From assembly GCF_000355675.1 (NCBI RefSeq), contig NC_020888.1, forward strand, positions 1,730,883 through 1,754,882: a stretch of DNA of 24,000 bases. Reading direction: 5' to 3'. The first letter of the stretch is position 1, and every line of letters starts with the position of its first letter. The DNA is from Thalassolituus oleivorans MIL-1 (GTDB lineage Bacteria; Pseudomonadota; Gammaproteobacteria; Pseudomonadales; Oceanobacteraceae). The notes below the pieces were generated by a model, which was not told where the DNA came from, made no database searches, and saw nothing but the letters and a program-made list of their open reading frames with translations. The position numbers and the translations under genes were made by a program. This document shows positions 7,386 through 17,336 of the stretch, piece by piece.

Positions 7386-8159
7386 TTAGAAGAAGGCGTA
7401 TTTAGCGCCAAGTATCATGAGTAAACTCGCGAGTAATGGCTTTAATAATTTTTCTGGCATTTTGCGACTCAGGATGGCGCCGATATGGATCGCTGGAATG
7501 GAACCAATGAGGAGTGATCCTAATAGGAAAAAGTCGACGTTCCCCATGTGCATATGAATCAGTCCGCCAGTGAGGGTTAAAGGTACGGCGTGCGCAATAT
7601 CCGTTCCGACAATGTGGGTCGATCGTAATGCTGGGTAAAGCATCATTAAAACTGCCGTGCCAATGGCGCCAGCGCCAACAGAGGATAGGGTGACAAAAAT
7701 ACCGAGGAGAACGCCCATGGTGATTGTTGCTGCTGGTCGATAACGCGCTAAGTTGCGATTATTATAGCGCTGAGCGTAGCGCTGAATGCGAACTCGCAGC
7801 AAGATAACAACGGCAGTCAGTATCAGCATTACACCTAATGTGTTTTTGAGAAGGTGGCCATAGTCATCTGCGTCGGTGAAAAGATACGTAAGTGCAATGC
7901 CAGTTACGATTGCAGAAGGAATGCTACCAAGGGCTAACAGACGAACTAGGCCCCAGCGCACATGCTGCTGTTGGTGATGACTCCACGCTCCTGTTGCTTT
8001 GGTGAGAGAGGCGTAAAGTAGGTCTGTGCCAACGGCAACGTGCGGTGGAAAACCAAACATAAGTAGCAGTGGTGTCATTAATGCCCCACCGCCAATTCCG
8101 GTAATGCCGACGATCAGACCAACGGCTGCACCGGCGGCTATATATAACAAAATATCCAT
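7386..8159 (-). CDS. TauE/SafE family sulfite/sulfonate exporter-like membrane protein
   Basis: Multiple TM segments, GLIVGITGIGGGALMTPLLLMFGFPPHVAVGTDLLYASLTKATG, and second repeat GVLLGIFVTLSSVGAGAIGTAVL. Confidence 0.88.
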   Translation of the reverse strand: MDILLYIAAGAAVGLIVGITGIGGGALMTPLLLMFGFPPHVAVGTDLLYASLTKATGAWSHHQQQHVRWGLVRLLALGSIPSAIVTGIALTYLFTDADDYGHLLKNTLGVMLILTAVVILLRVRIQRYAQRYNNRNLARYRPAATITMGVLLGIFVTLSSVGAGAIGTAVLMMLYPALRSTHIVGTDIAHAVPLTLTGGLIHMHMGNVDFFLLGSLLIGSIPAIHIGAILSRKMPEKLLKPLLASLLMILGAKYAFF

Positions 8160-8315
8160 GAAAAATGGTCTACAGTAATACTTGTGGCTCTAAGGAAGCG
8201 GATGCGCAAGGATGAGTAGGCTAAACTAGCAGGACGTTACTTACGGTTTAGTCGTCATTTTGGCAAATTTGTGGCGTATATATTCATGCTTCTATAGTAA
8301 TTGCTGCCAATGTAG

Positions 8316-9365
<1,050 letters not shown>

Positions 9366-9380
9366 TTGAATTGCTTAACT

Positions 9381-9408
9381 AAAAAAGGACGCCTAGGCGT
9401 CCTTTTTT
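9381..9408. terminator. Bidirectional intrinsic terminator between cysB and cysH
   Basis: AAAAAAGGACGCC-TA-GGCGTCCTTTTTT. Confidence 0.93.
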
Positions 9409-9417
9409 GTTGGCTGT

Positions 9418-10143
9418 TTAGCCTTTACTGATGATGTTGCCTGCGTGCAGTCCGCATTCTTTGTGGCTGGCACCTTCCCACCACCAACGGCCTTCGCGTT
9501 CATGCTGATTCGGCAGTGTCGCGCGTGTACAAGGCTGACAGCCAATGCTGACGAAGCCTTGCTGGTGCAAGCTATTAAATGGCACGTCGAATATCTTGAT
9601 GTATTCCCACACCTGCGCTGAAGTCCAAAGTGCAAGAGGGTTGTACTTGGTTAGCTCGCCGTTTGCTCCTTGAAAGGCGCTGTCTATTTCTATCAAGTTC
9701 ACATCATTGCGAGTCCCTGGGCTCTGGTCACGGCGCTGGCCTGTGATCCATGCATCCAATGTCGCTAGCTTGGCTTTTAGAGGGGCGATTTTACGTACGC
9801 CGCAACATTCTTGATGGCCATCTTCGTAAAAACTAAAGAGGCCTTTTTCGCGCACAAATGTCTGCAGTGCTTGTTGTTCTGGCGTACGGATGTCAATTTT
9901 GATTCCGTAATGACTGCGCACTTTCTCTATAAATTCATAGGTTTCAGGGTGTAGACGCCCTGTATCTAAAGTGAAAATATCGACGTTTGCGTTCAATTTC
10001 ACTGCCATATCGACCAATATGACATCTTCAGCACCGCTGAAGGAAACTCCAATAGCACTATGTTGTTCGAGTGCGTGGCGAATTAGATCTTTGGGGCGTT
10101 TATCAGTGAAGGCTTCGTTTAGTGCCTTTAAGTCGTTATTCAT
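9418..10143 (-). CDS. cysH: Phosphoadenylyl/adenylyl-sulfate reductase CysH, probably 4Fe-4S APS-reductase type
   Basis: [64 protein letters not shown]-terminal KECGLH. Confidence 0.93.
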   Translation of the reverse strand: MNNDLKALNEAFTDKRPKDLIRHALEQHSAIGVSFSGAEDVILVDMAVKLNANVDIFTLDTGRLHPETYEFIEKVRSHYGIKIDIRTPEQQALQTFVREKGLFSFYEDGHQECCGVRKIAPLKAKLATLDAWITGQRRDQSPGTRNDVNLIEIDSAFQGANGELTKYNPLALWTSAQVWEYIKIFDVPFNSLHQQGFVSIGCQPCTRATLPNQHEREGRWWWEGASHKECGLHAGNIISKG

Positions 10144-10344
10144 GTTCTAAACCGATGTGTTAATCGAAATTGCGACTAGGTTACCATGCCACTGTTAGTA
10201 CAAATAATAATAAAAACGCATATTCTTAGTTTCATTAATGGAAAAATCTTCCGCTTTAGCGTACTGAATGCCGCATTCGTATTGTGTTTGTATGGGCTTC
10301 TGGCTAGAGTACGGCGCTAAATCAATCTGACTGATGGGGTAGTC

Positions 10345-10962
10345 ATGGAAATCGCATGTTTAGATCTTGAGGGTGTTCTGGTTCCGGAAATCTGGATCGA
10401 GTTTGCAGAAAAGACCGGTATTGATGCGCTCAAGGCGACGACGCGAGATATTCCGGATTACGACGTATTAATGAAGCAGCGTTTGGGCTTGCTTGATCAG
10501 CATGGCTTTAAGTTACAGGACATTCAGGATGTTATCGCAACTTTAAAACCTTTGGATGGGGCTGTTGAGTTTGTAGACTGGTTGCGTGAGCGTTTTCAAG
10601 TGATCATCTTGTCGGATACGTTTTATGAATTTTCTCAGCCGTTGATGCGCCAGTTGGGTTTTCCAACCTTGTTCTGTCACCGTTTGATTACCGATGAAAC
10701 TGGGCGAGTGACGGATTACAAACTTCGCCAGGCTGATCCAAAGCGTCAATCTATTCGTGCATTGCAAACTATTTATTACCGTACGATTGCGGCCGGCGAT
10801 TCCTACAATGATACGACGATGCTAGCCGAAGCTGACGCAGGGATTTTGTTTCACGCCCCGCAAAATGTGATCGACGAGTTTCCACAATTCCCAGCGGTTC
10901 ATACCTACGAAGATTTGAAGAAAGAATTCATCAAGGCCAGTAATCGCGATTTGACGTTGTAA
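10345..10962 (+). CDS. thrH: Bifunctional phosphoserine phosphatase / homoserine phosphotransferase ThrH
   Basis: HAD motifs MEIACLDLEGVLVPEIW, ILSDTFYEF, IAAGDSYNDTTMLAEADAGILFHAP; 205 aa. Confidence 0.93.
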   Translation: MEIACLDLEGVLVPEIWIEFAEKTGIDALKATTRDIPDYDVLMKQRLGLLDQHGFKLQDIQDVIATLKPLDGAVEFVDWLRERFQVIILSDTFYEFSQPLMRQLGFPTLFCHRLITDETGRVTDYKLRQADPKRQSIRALQTIYYRTIAAGDSYNDTTMLAEADAGILFHAPQNVIDEFPQFPAVHTYEDLKKEFIKASNRDLTL

Positions 10963-10986
10963 TTTTAGCAAATACTACGCAAAGGA

Positions 10987-11010
10987 ATGGGGCTTTATGC
11001 CCCATTTTTT
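10987..11010. terminator. Intrinsic terminator downstream of thrH
   Basis: ATGGGGC-TTTAT-GCCCCAT followed by TTTTT. Confidence 0.85.
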
Positions 11011-11023
11011 GTATCTGCATTAT

Positions 11024-12310
11024 TTAAATAGGTGTCGCTAGAATCTTTCCTATTTTATTTAATATTTCTTGATACTCGTCGTCCATGGTTGAATCGACAA
11101 CGATTCCTCCGCCTCCCCAGCAGACAGCGCCATCTTTGGTCGCCGTAATCGTCCGAATAAGAATATTGAAGTCGGTTAAACCGCTATCATCAAAGTATCC
11201 CATTGATCCGCAATAGGCCCCACGGTTTTGTAGCTCAAGCTCCTCGATGATCTGCATTGCTCGAACTTTGGGCGCGCCTGTAATAGAGCCCCCCGGAAAT
11301 GCATTTCTTACAACATCGATGGGGGTAAGGCTCGCTTTCTGTTTTGCAGTAATGGTACTGACCATATGGTGCACATTGGCATGTGACTCCAGCGCAAATA
11401 GTTTTTCAACCTTCACGCTGTGCGGCTCCGCAGATCTACTTAAATCGTTTCTTAACAAATCTACAATCATCAAGTTCTCTGCTTGATTTTTTTCGCTGGC
11501 GAGAAGCTGATTGCGATTTGCTTCGTCACATTTAGGGTCTGGATGGCGAGGGCTAGTACCTTTTATTGGGCTGGTAGTAATGATGCCATTTTCTACCTTA
11601 ACGAATCGTTCTGGAGATACTGTTGCAATCCAGTAGCGATCGTTTTTGAAAAAACCGGAAAAAGGAGCGTCGAATGCCTCTAATAAGGGGAGGGGATTGG
11701 TATCTGTTAGATCGTCGCCGCAAAAGAAAGGCATAGCCAAGTTAACTTGATAGCAATCGCCAGCAAGCAGGTAGTCTTGAACTCGCTCGAATGCTGTTTG
11801 GTATTGACGCTTAGTCCAGCCCGGAGTCCATTTTCTTGCGTTTATTGCAGTTTTTTGTGGCTCGATCTCTCGAAGTTGGCTTAGTTCTTTTTTACGCTCT
11901 TCAGTCAGTGGGTAGTGACTTAGCAGGAAGCATTCATCACTTTCAAAATCTAGGTATATAGATGCATCGTAGTAATTGAATAGCCCCTCGGGTTCACTGG
12001 CGTGTGATTGAGGGTAATGAATGATACCTGCCCAGCCAGAGATAAAGTGCTCTGGCTGCTCAAAGCGCGTACTAGTTTGCGTGTCTGGATAGACAGTAAG
12101 GCTGGAATAGTCAGTATCTTTAACAACCTTAAGGGACTTTAAGGGCTTGTGGCCCAAAATGGCGAATCTAGGGGGGTGGGAAGATTGGCCAACCGTCAGG
12201 GAAGTGTAATTTACACCACTAAGGCCATTGAGTAGTAAAATCGGATGCTCAAGAAAGCTTAAACAATTCAACAACTTAGCTGGTGTAAAGGGGAGTTTGT
12301 CGTGTGTCAT
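11024..12310 (-). CDS. pabB: Aminodeoxychorismate synthase component I
   Basis: Chorismate-binding motifs: YQTAFERVQDYLLAGDCYQVNLA, GIITTSPIKGTSPRH, MIVDLLRNDLSR, VVRNAFPGGSITGAPKVRAMQIIEELE, YCGSMGYFD, AVCWGGGGIVVDS. Confidence 0.9.
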   Translation of the reverse strand: MTHDKLPFTPAKLLNCLSFLEHPILLLNGLSGVNYTSLTVGQSSHPPRFAILGHKPLKSLKVVKDTDYSSLTVYPDTQTSTRFEQPEHFISGWAGIIHYPQSHASEPEGLFNYYDASIYLDFESDECFLLSHYPLTEERKKELSQLREIEPQKTAINARKWTPGWTKRQYQTAFERVQDYLLAGDCYQVNLAMPFFCGDDLTDTNPLPLLEAFDAPFSGFFKNDRYWIATVSPERFVKVENGIITTSPIKGTSPRHPDPKCDEANRNQLLASEKNQAENLMIVDLLRNDLSRSAEPHSVKVEKLFALESHANVHHMVSTITAKQKASLTPIDVVRNAFPGGSITGAPKVRAMQIIEELELQNRGAYCGSMGYFDDSGLTDFNILIRTITATKDGAVCWGGGGIVVDSTMDDEYQEILNKIGKILATPI

Positions 12311-12634
12311 TTTATGCCAGAATCAAGGGTTGTGAATTGAGCTTAACTATTTGATTTTTAAGGATTTTATTTCACTGCTGGAGCGGTGATTCTAGCATTG
12401 TTTGAGCTCTTAGGGCTATGTTCCGTAATTTTTTGTAAAAAAGTGGTGGACAACACCAAAGCCACATAATAGATTGGTATCCAGCTTCTGAGGTAACTCG
12501 AAGCTAAGAATATTGAAACCCATTGATAAAGTCATTCGGTTTCCAGTGACTCACTGAAGAAGATCTGGCAGACTGATGATAGGTCGCCCACACAGCGGCC
12601 GACATAATAGAAAAACAATCAGGAGTGTGCACAA

Positions 12635-13438
12635 ATGAAATTTCTTAAAAAAGCTTCACTAGCAGTATCAATCGCTGCAGTATCTTTCGCTGCTAACGCT
12701 GAGTTGGTTGCTATGGATGAAGCGACTATGTCTGCTGCGACTGGTCAAGCTGGTATCGATTTGAACATTACATTGGAAGGCGCTAACGCTATTTCTATTG
12801 GTGAAATCCTTTACACTGATACTGATGTGGCTGATGGCGGTAGCTTGTCTCTAAGCACTGTTACTGTTGGTACTGACTCTGGTACTCTGACTATTGAAAA
12901 CGTGATCGATATTACTTCAGACGGTATCATGAATATTGCTACTAGCGCTGTTTCTGGTCTTAAGATTGGTGTTGGTTCGGTTGATTTGGTTAATGCTGCT
13001 GGCGCTAACTCTGGTAATCTGATCTCAGGCTTGAGCTTGTCAATGGATTTGGGTGTGTCAAACACTACTATCGGTAAAGGTACTTATGATGCAGCTGGTG
13101 TTTTCACTGCTGACACTAAGACCGTGATCGATTCTCAGTCTTCTTTCAAGATTACTGCCGGTTCTTTGTCTGCACTTGACGGTCAAGTTGGCGTGAGCGG
13201 TATCACTTTTGATAACGACGGCCAGAACGTGGAAGTTGATACCACTATGTGGGCTGACGCAAGCGGCTTCAACATCAAAGTTAACAGCATTGCTGGTGAC
13301 TTGACCCTAGGTGCAGTTACTCTAGGCGGCACAACTGACGCTACTACCGGCGTATTTACTGCAGGCCCATCAATTGGTTCTGTTGGTATCAGCAACATCC
13401 AAATGGCTGGTGCAACTATCACTGTATCTGGTCACTAA
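12635..13438 (+). CDS. Secreted beta-rich protein, DUF6160/FilA-like putative surface structure or secretion-substrate protein
   Basis: Signal peptide MKFLKKASLAVSIAAVSFAANA, then LVAMDEATMSAATGQAGIDLNITLEG (the D-x-x-M-S-x-x-T-G-Q-A-G motif). G/T/S/D-rich alternating beta-strand sequence without Cys. AGGAG RBS upstream. Confidence 0.7.
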   Translation: MKFLKKASLAVSIAAVSFAANAELVAMDEATMSAATGQAGIDLNITLEGANAISIGEILYTDTDVADGGSLSLSTVTVGTDSGTLTIENVIDITSDGIMNIATSAVSGLKIGVGSVDLVNAAGANSGNLISGLSLSMDLGVSNTTIGKGTYDAAGVFTADTKTVIDSQSSFKITAGSLSALDGQVGVSGITFDNDGQNVEVDTTMWADASGFNIKVNSIAGDLTLGAVTLGGTTDATTGVFTAGPSIGSVGISNIQMAGATITVSGH

Positions 13439-13458
13439 GATCATTTGCTGGTGAAATA

Positions 13459-13482
13459 AAAAAACCCGCTTAGGCGGGTTTT
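13459..13482. terminator. Intrinsic terminator after DUF6160-like gene
   Basis: AAAAACCCGC-TTAG-GCGGGTTTTTTT. Confidence 0.9.
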
Positions 13483-13501
13483 TTTATGCCTAAAATAAGA
13501 C

Positions 13502-13528
13502 AAAAAAGTGCGCCGATGGCGCATTTTT
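13502..13528. terminator. Second, weaker terminator-like hairpin
   Basis: AAAAAAGTGCGCC-GAT-GGCGCATTTTT, 20 nt after the first terminator. Confidence 0.65.
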
Positions 13529-13617
13529 GGTTGGTAGATAGTGTGATTTTATGTAACATGTAAGATGACTAAACAAAATTATAATAACAATACGGAGGGG
13601 CCTTTGGCCTACGTGTA

Positions 13618-14550
13618 GTGTTTGTCATTCTTCTAGGATCACTAATTGGGTTTGCTATGGTGCACGAGCTGGCCATCGTGAACGATCGTCAGCCCGGCGA
13701 TACCATCGTTCGTGTTGCGGTAAACGAAGATTATCAGCAAGATCAGGTAGTCAACGTGGAGCCACTCTCCGTTAAGCGTTTTAAAAACGTGGTACGTCAA
13801 GTCTATGATTATTCTTGTGGCTCTGCTGCATTAACAACCTTGTTGGATTACTACTTGGGTAGAAACTTCCAAGAGCGCCAAGTGATGGAAGGTTTGCTGC
13901 GCTTCGGCGAAACCGAGCGCATCGTTCAGCGTCGCGGTTTCTCACTGCTCGATATGAAGCGTTTGGTAACTGCGCTAGGACATCCATCTGGCGGGTTTAA
14001 GGCTGAAGAGGAGGATCTAATAGCTTTAGATCATCCTGCGATTGCGCCGATCCACTATGCAGGTTTCAAGCATTTCATTGTGATTCGTTCTGTATATGAA
14101 GGGCGCGTTTATGTGGCTGATCCAGCGTTGGGGAATATAAGTTTTACGTTGCCGAGATTTCTCGAAATTTGGGACAATAACGTTCTTTTTATAGTGTTTC
14201 CGAACGGCCACAAACCCGCAACCGGTCTAGAGTTGCACGAAGAAGATATGCGTTTTGTTTCTGATTATATTATTGCGGAAAATACTTTCCGTGAATTTCC
14301 TGAATTCCAAATTCGTAGCGAGCATACGATTAGCAATCAGATTTACGCGATGAAAGACAATGCTCAGACGAGCTTTGGACCTAAGTTAGATGCTGACGGT
14401 AAGGCAGTAAGAAATGAGGACGGAAATATCGTCTACGAGGTTCTCGTAGAAACGAAGGCTGATGGTGCCGATCCGGATGACTTCAATACATATGTTGCCA
14501 CTGATCGCTCAGATGTAATTGAGAAGCACCTTCGCTTCCGCAGAAAATAA
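13618..14550 (+). CDS. Stand-alone C39-family peptidase-like protein (FilB/FapD-like), membrane-anchored or exported
   Basis: N-terminal hydrophobic segment VFVILLGSLIGFAMVHELA. Cys motif VRQVYDYSCGSAALTTLLDYYLG, His motif FKHFIVIRSVYEGRVYVADPALGNISFTLPRFLEIWDN. No ABC transporter domain. Confidence 0.82.
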   Translation: MFVILLGSLIGFAMVHELAIVNDRQPGDTIVRVAVNEDYQQDQVVNVEPLSVKRFKNVVRQVYDYSCGSAALTTLLDYYLGRNFQERQVMEGLLRFGETERIVQRRGFSLLDMKRLVTALGHPSGGFKAEEEDLIALDHPAIAPIHYAGFKHFIVIRSVYEGRVYVADPALGNISFTLPRFLEIWDNNVLFIVFPNGHKPATGLELHEEDMRFVSDYIIAENTFREFPEFQIRSEHTISNQIYAMKDNAQTSFGPKLDADGKAVRNEDGNIVYEVLVETKADGADPDDFNTYVATDRSDVIEKHLRFRRK

Positions 14551-14576
14551 TAACGATAAAGAATTAAGGAATTTCC

Positions 14577-15644
14577 ATGTTGATTCGTACCAAACTAATT
14601 TCGATCCCCTTATTGTTGGCATTTGCCAGTGCAGTTGTTGCTGATGAAGCAGCCGATATGGATAAGGCACGTGAAGCCCTCACCAAGCAGGATAACGACG
14701 CTGATACTGAAAAGGCACTTGAGCAGGTTTTCGAGGCAGCAGAAAAGAATTATTCGATGTTGAAACGTGGCGGCGTTTCCGTTAACTACAACTTTGATTA
14801 TAGCTACTACGGCGATCAGCGGATTGATTTAACAATCACTCCTAACGTGAATAGTGATGGCCAAGTAACTGGCGACTCTACGATTAGCAGTGCAAATGTG
14901 AGTCCTGTGGCCAGCCATACCATGACGAACTCGTTTTCATTGGATTATGGATTGATGGATAACGTGACAATTGGTGGTCGTTTACCGCTGATTGCGAAGT
15001 TTGAGACAGAAGATGAGCTTACTGCCTACGGCGTAGGTGATCTTTCAGGTACGGTTCGTTGGCAGCCATTTGAATATGTTCCAGGCAAAATTAGTCAGAC
15101 CTACTTTGCAACGTTACGCTTGCCTACAGGCGATAGCCCCTATGAAATAGATGAAACGAAAAGCTTGCCGACTGGTTCCGGTACTTGGGGTTTGAGTGGC
15201 GGGGTGAGTGCTTCTAAGGTTCTTGATCCAGTGGTTCTATTCGGCTCGTTAAGTTATGGCTACACGCTGCCATTAACCGATCTAAATCAACGCCGAGGTA
15301 GTTCGATTCTTCGTGAAGTGCATTCTGGCAGTAGCTTATCCTTTTCTATGGGCTTTGCTTATTCGTTGTCGTACGACGTATCTTTGAGCGCTTCATTCCA
15401 AGGGTCGTTTAACGATCAATCGCGTTTTGAATTATATGATACTGCTACGGGTTCAACTGTTAGCTCAGTATCAGGCAGTCAAATGAGCGGTATTATGAAC
15501 TTTGCTCTTGGTGTGCGGGTGTCTCCAAAAACAATTGCTAACGTAAACGTTGGTTTTGGTATGACAGAGTTGTCCCCGGATATTTTGCTTGGTTTGTCTC
15601 TACCGATTGATGTCGAGGGTATTAAACCTTCTGCTGGTAACTAA
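14577..15644 (+). CDS. Outer-membrane beta-barrel protein with N-terminal helical region (FapF/FilC-like)
   Basis: Signal peptide MLIRTKLISIPLLLAFASAVVA, a charged helical segment (DEAADMDKAREALTKQDNDADTEKALEQVFEAAEKNYSML), then ~290 aa of amphipathic beta strands with aromatic ends. RBS AAGGAA upstream. Confidence 0.72.
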   Translation: MLIRTKLISIPLLLAFASAVVADEAADMDKAREALTKQDNDADTEKALEQVFEAAEKNYSMLKRGGVSVNYNFDYSYYGDQRIDLTITPNVNSDGQVTGDSTISSANVSPVASHTMTNSFSLDYGLMDNVTIGGRLPLIAKFETEDELTAYGVGDLSGTVRWQPFEYVPGKISQTYFATLRLPTGDSPYEIDETKSLPTGSGTWGLSGGVSASKVLDPVVLFGSLSYGYTLPLTDLNQRRGSSILREVHSGSSLSFSMGFAYSLSYDVSLSASFQGSFNDQSRFELYDTATGSTVSSVSGSQMSGIMNFALGVRVSPKTIANVNVGFGMTELSPDILLGLSLPIDVEGIKPSAGN

Positions 15645-15650
15645 CCAGTC

Positions 15651-17336
15651 ATGGCTAATAAAACTATAAAAATGACAAGGTTATGGCGACACAATATGCG
15701 AATTTTACTGTTGGTGGCATTGTTAGTACCGAGTCTTGCAAAAGCAGAACTCGTACAGAACCTGTTTATTGATACCAAGGCAATGTCGTTGGGTAACGCA
15801 GTGACTGCTGATCCAACTGGTATCATGGATATTCACTTCAACCCCGCCGGTTTGACGAAGCTGGAAGGGCGTCAGGTTCAGGTTCAGTTACAGGGTGTTA
15901 TGTTGCGTTCTGAGGCTTCTTTTGCGCTGCCTAAAGGATATGACGATACCGAATCTGGGCTTTTGCCTATACATGAAGACCCAGTTTTGAATGAAGGCAA
16001 TAGCCATGCTGATGTGGCTATTTATATCCCCGGATATGGTTTGGTTGGCGTTCCTTTACCTGTGTTGGCGTTGCCTTCGGCCGGTATATCTATTAATCCA
16101 CCGGGCTCTAAATTCACATTTGCGAACGCTGTTTATGCGCCAATGGCTGCCGGCTTTTCAAAGGGTGATGATGATCCAGGGCGCTATCAGGCTAAAACGA
16201 TTGCACTTCAGCGCTTAACTTATTTGTCTCCATCATTTGGTTACAAGGTGACTGATGAGTTTTCTGTGGGCGCAGGTCTGCTGTTTTCGCATCAGGCGGT
16301 TGCACTTGAGCAAGATATTCGCGCACCTAACATTCTGGTCGGCGTGCTTGAGGAGCTTCAAGATGCGTTTGGGTGTTTTGATGCTGAGACGGGTGAGCCT
16401 ACCGGTAACGATCCGCTGGCGCCTTTATTGACGCTATGTGGCGGTAATGTTGGTCCATTTGATGATGTCGGTACTTTGAAGATTAACACTACTGAGAGTC
16501 TGTCACCCTCATTTAACCTTGGTTTGTTGTGGGAGCCGAATGGCTGGTTTAAGTTTGGCGTAGGCTATCAAAGTGAAGCAACGAGCCAATTGAAAGGCGA
16601 TTATGACTTGGAATATACCGATGAATTTGCGGATTTCTTCCGTAATTTTAGGTCGTCTATTATTGGTGCTATTGGTGGGGCGATATTCTCATTGCCTACG
16701 GGTAATAAGCGAGAGCGAGGTTTTGTTACTACCGAACTGACATATCCTCAGCATTTTCAGGCCGGTGTGGCATTCCAGTATTTTGATGTTTTCCATCTGA
16801 ATTTGGATTTAGGTTGGACCGACTACGATAAGTGGGATGAGCTGTATTTTGAGTTTGACCGCGATGTGAGCTTTTTATCGACAGCGAGAACCTTGTCTCC
16901 TGATTTGGTGACATCCTCTACTCTGACGATGCCGCTAAACTTTAAGAGTGTGTGGAATTATAAAGTGGGTGCATCTTGGGATCTTAACTCACGTATTCAG
17001 CTACGTGCAGGTTTGGAGCCTCGTAAGAGTTCTATTCCAGACGACTCTCGTAGTCTGCAGGCTCCTATTGGCTTTGCACGGTTGTACGGCGTTGGTTTAG
17101 GTTACCAGTGGGACTTGGATACTGTTGTAGACTTGTCTTTGAGCTTTATGAAGTCAGTTCAGCATATCCGTGCTGATCCACAAAATGCTGAGAATTTTGA
17201 TGACTATCCTAATTCAAGTAATTCACTTAACCGGAACTGTTTAACATGTGTTGTGACCAACCCGTATCCAGGTCTGGATATCGACACCAAGCTAACCATT
17301 GGCGCCGCTGGTATCAGTTTCCGCACCAAGTTCTAA
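15651..17336 (+). CDS. OMPP1/FadL/TodX-family outer-membrane protein (FilD-like)
   Basis: AKAELVQNLFIDTKAMSLGNAVTADPTGIMDIHFNPAGLTKLEGRQVQVQ is the classical FadL-family N-terminus (NPAGL). C-terminal strand ends ...GAAGISFRTKF with terminal Phe. Confidence 0.88.
   Translation: MANKTIKMTRLWRHNMRILLLVALLVPSLAKAELVQNLFIDTKAMSLGNAVTADPTGIMDIHFNPAGLTKLEGRQVQVQLQGVMLRSEASFALPKGYDDTESGLLPIHEDPVLNEGNSHADVAIYIPGYGLVGVPLPVLALPSAGISINPPGSKFTFANAVYAPMAAGFSKGDDDPGRYQAKTIALQRLTYLSPSFGYKVTDEFSVGAGLLFSHQAVALEQDIRAPNILVGVLEELQDAFGCFDAETGEPTGNDPLAPLLTLCGGNVGPFDDVGTLKINTTESLSPSFNLGLLWEPNGWFKFGVGYQSEATSQLKGDYDLEYTDEFADFFRNFRSSIIGAIGGAIFSLPTGNKRERGFVTTELTYPQHFQAGVAFQYFDVFHLNLDLGWTDYDKWDELYFEFDRDVSFLSTARTLSPDLVTSSTLTMPLNFKSVWNYKVGASWDLNSRIQLRAGLEPRKSSIPDDSRSLQAPIGFARLYGVGLGYQWDLDTVVDLSLSFMKSVQHIRADPQNAENFDDYPNSSNSLNRNCLTCVVTNPYPGLDIDTKLTIGAAGISFRTKF

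Noticed and set aside
9393-9635. Plus-strand ORF 9393..9635 inside cysH
   Set aside because: It begins in the shared terminator hairpin and lies antisense to the conserved CysH C-terminus.
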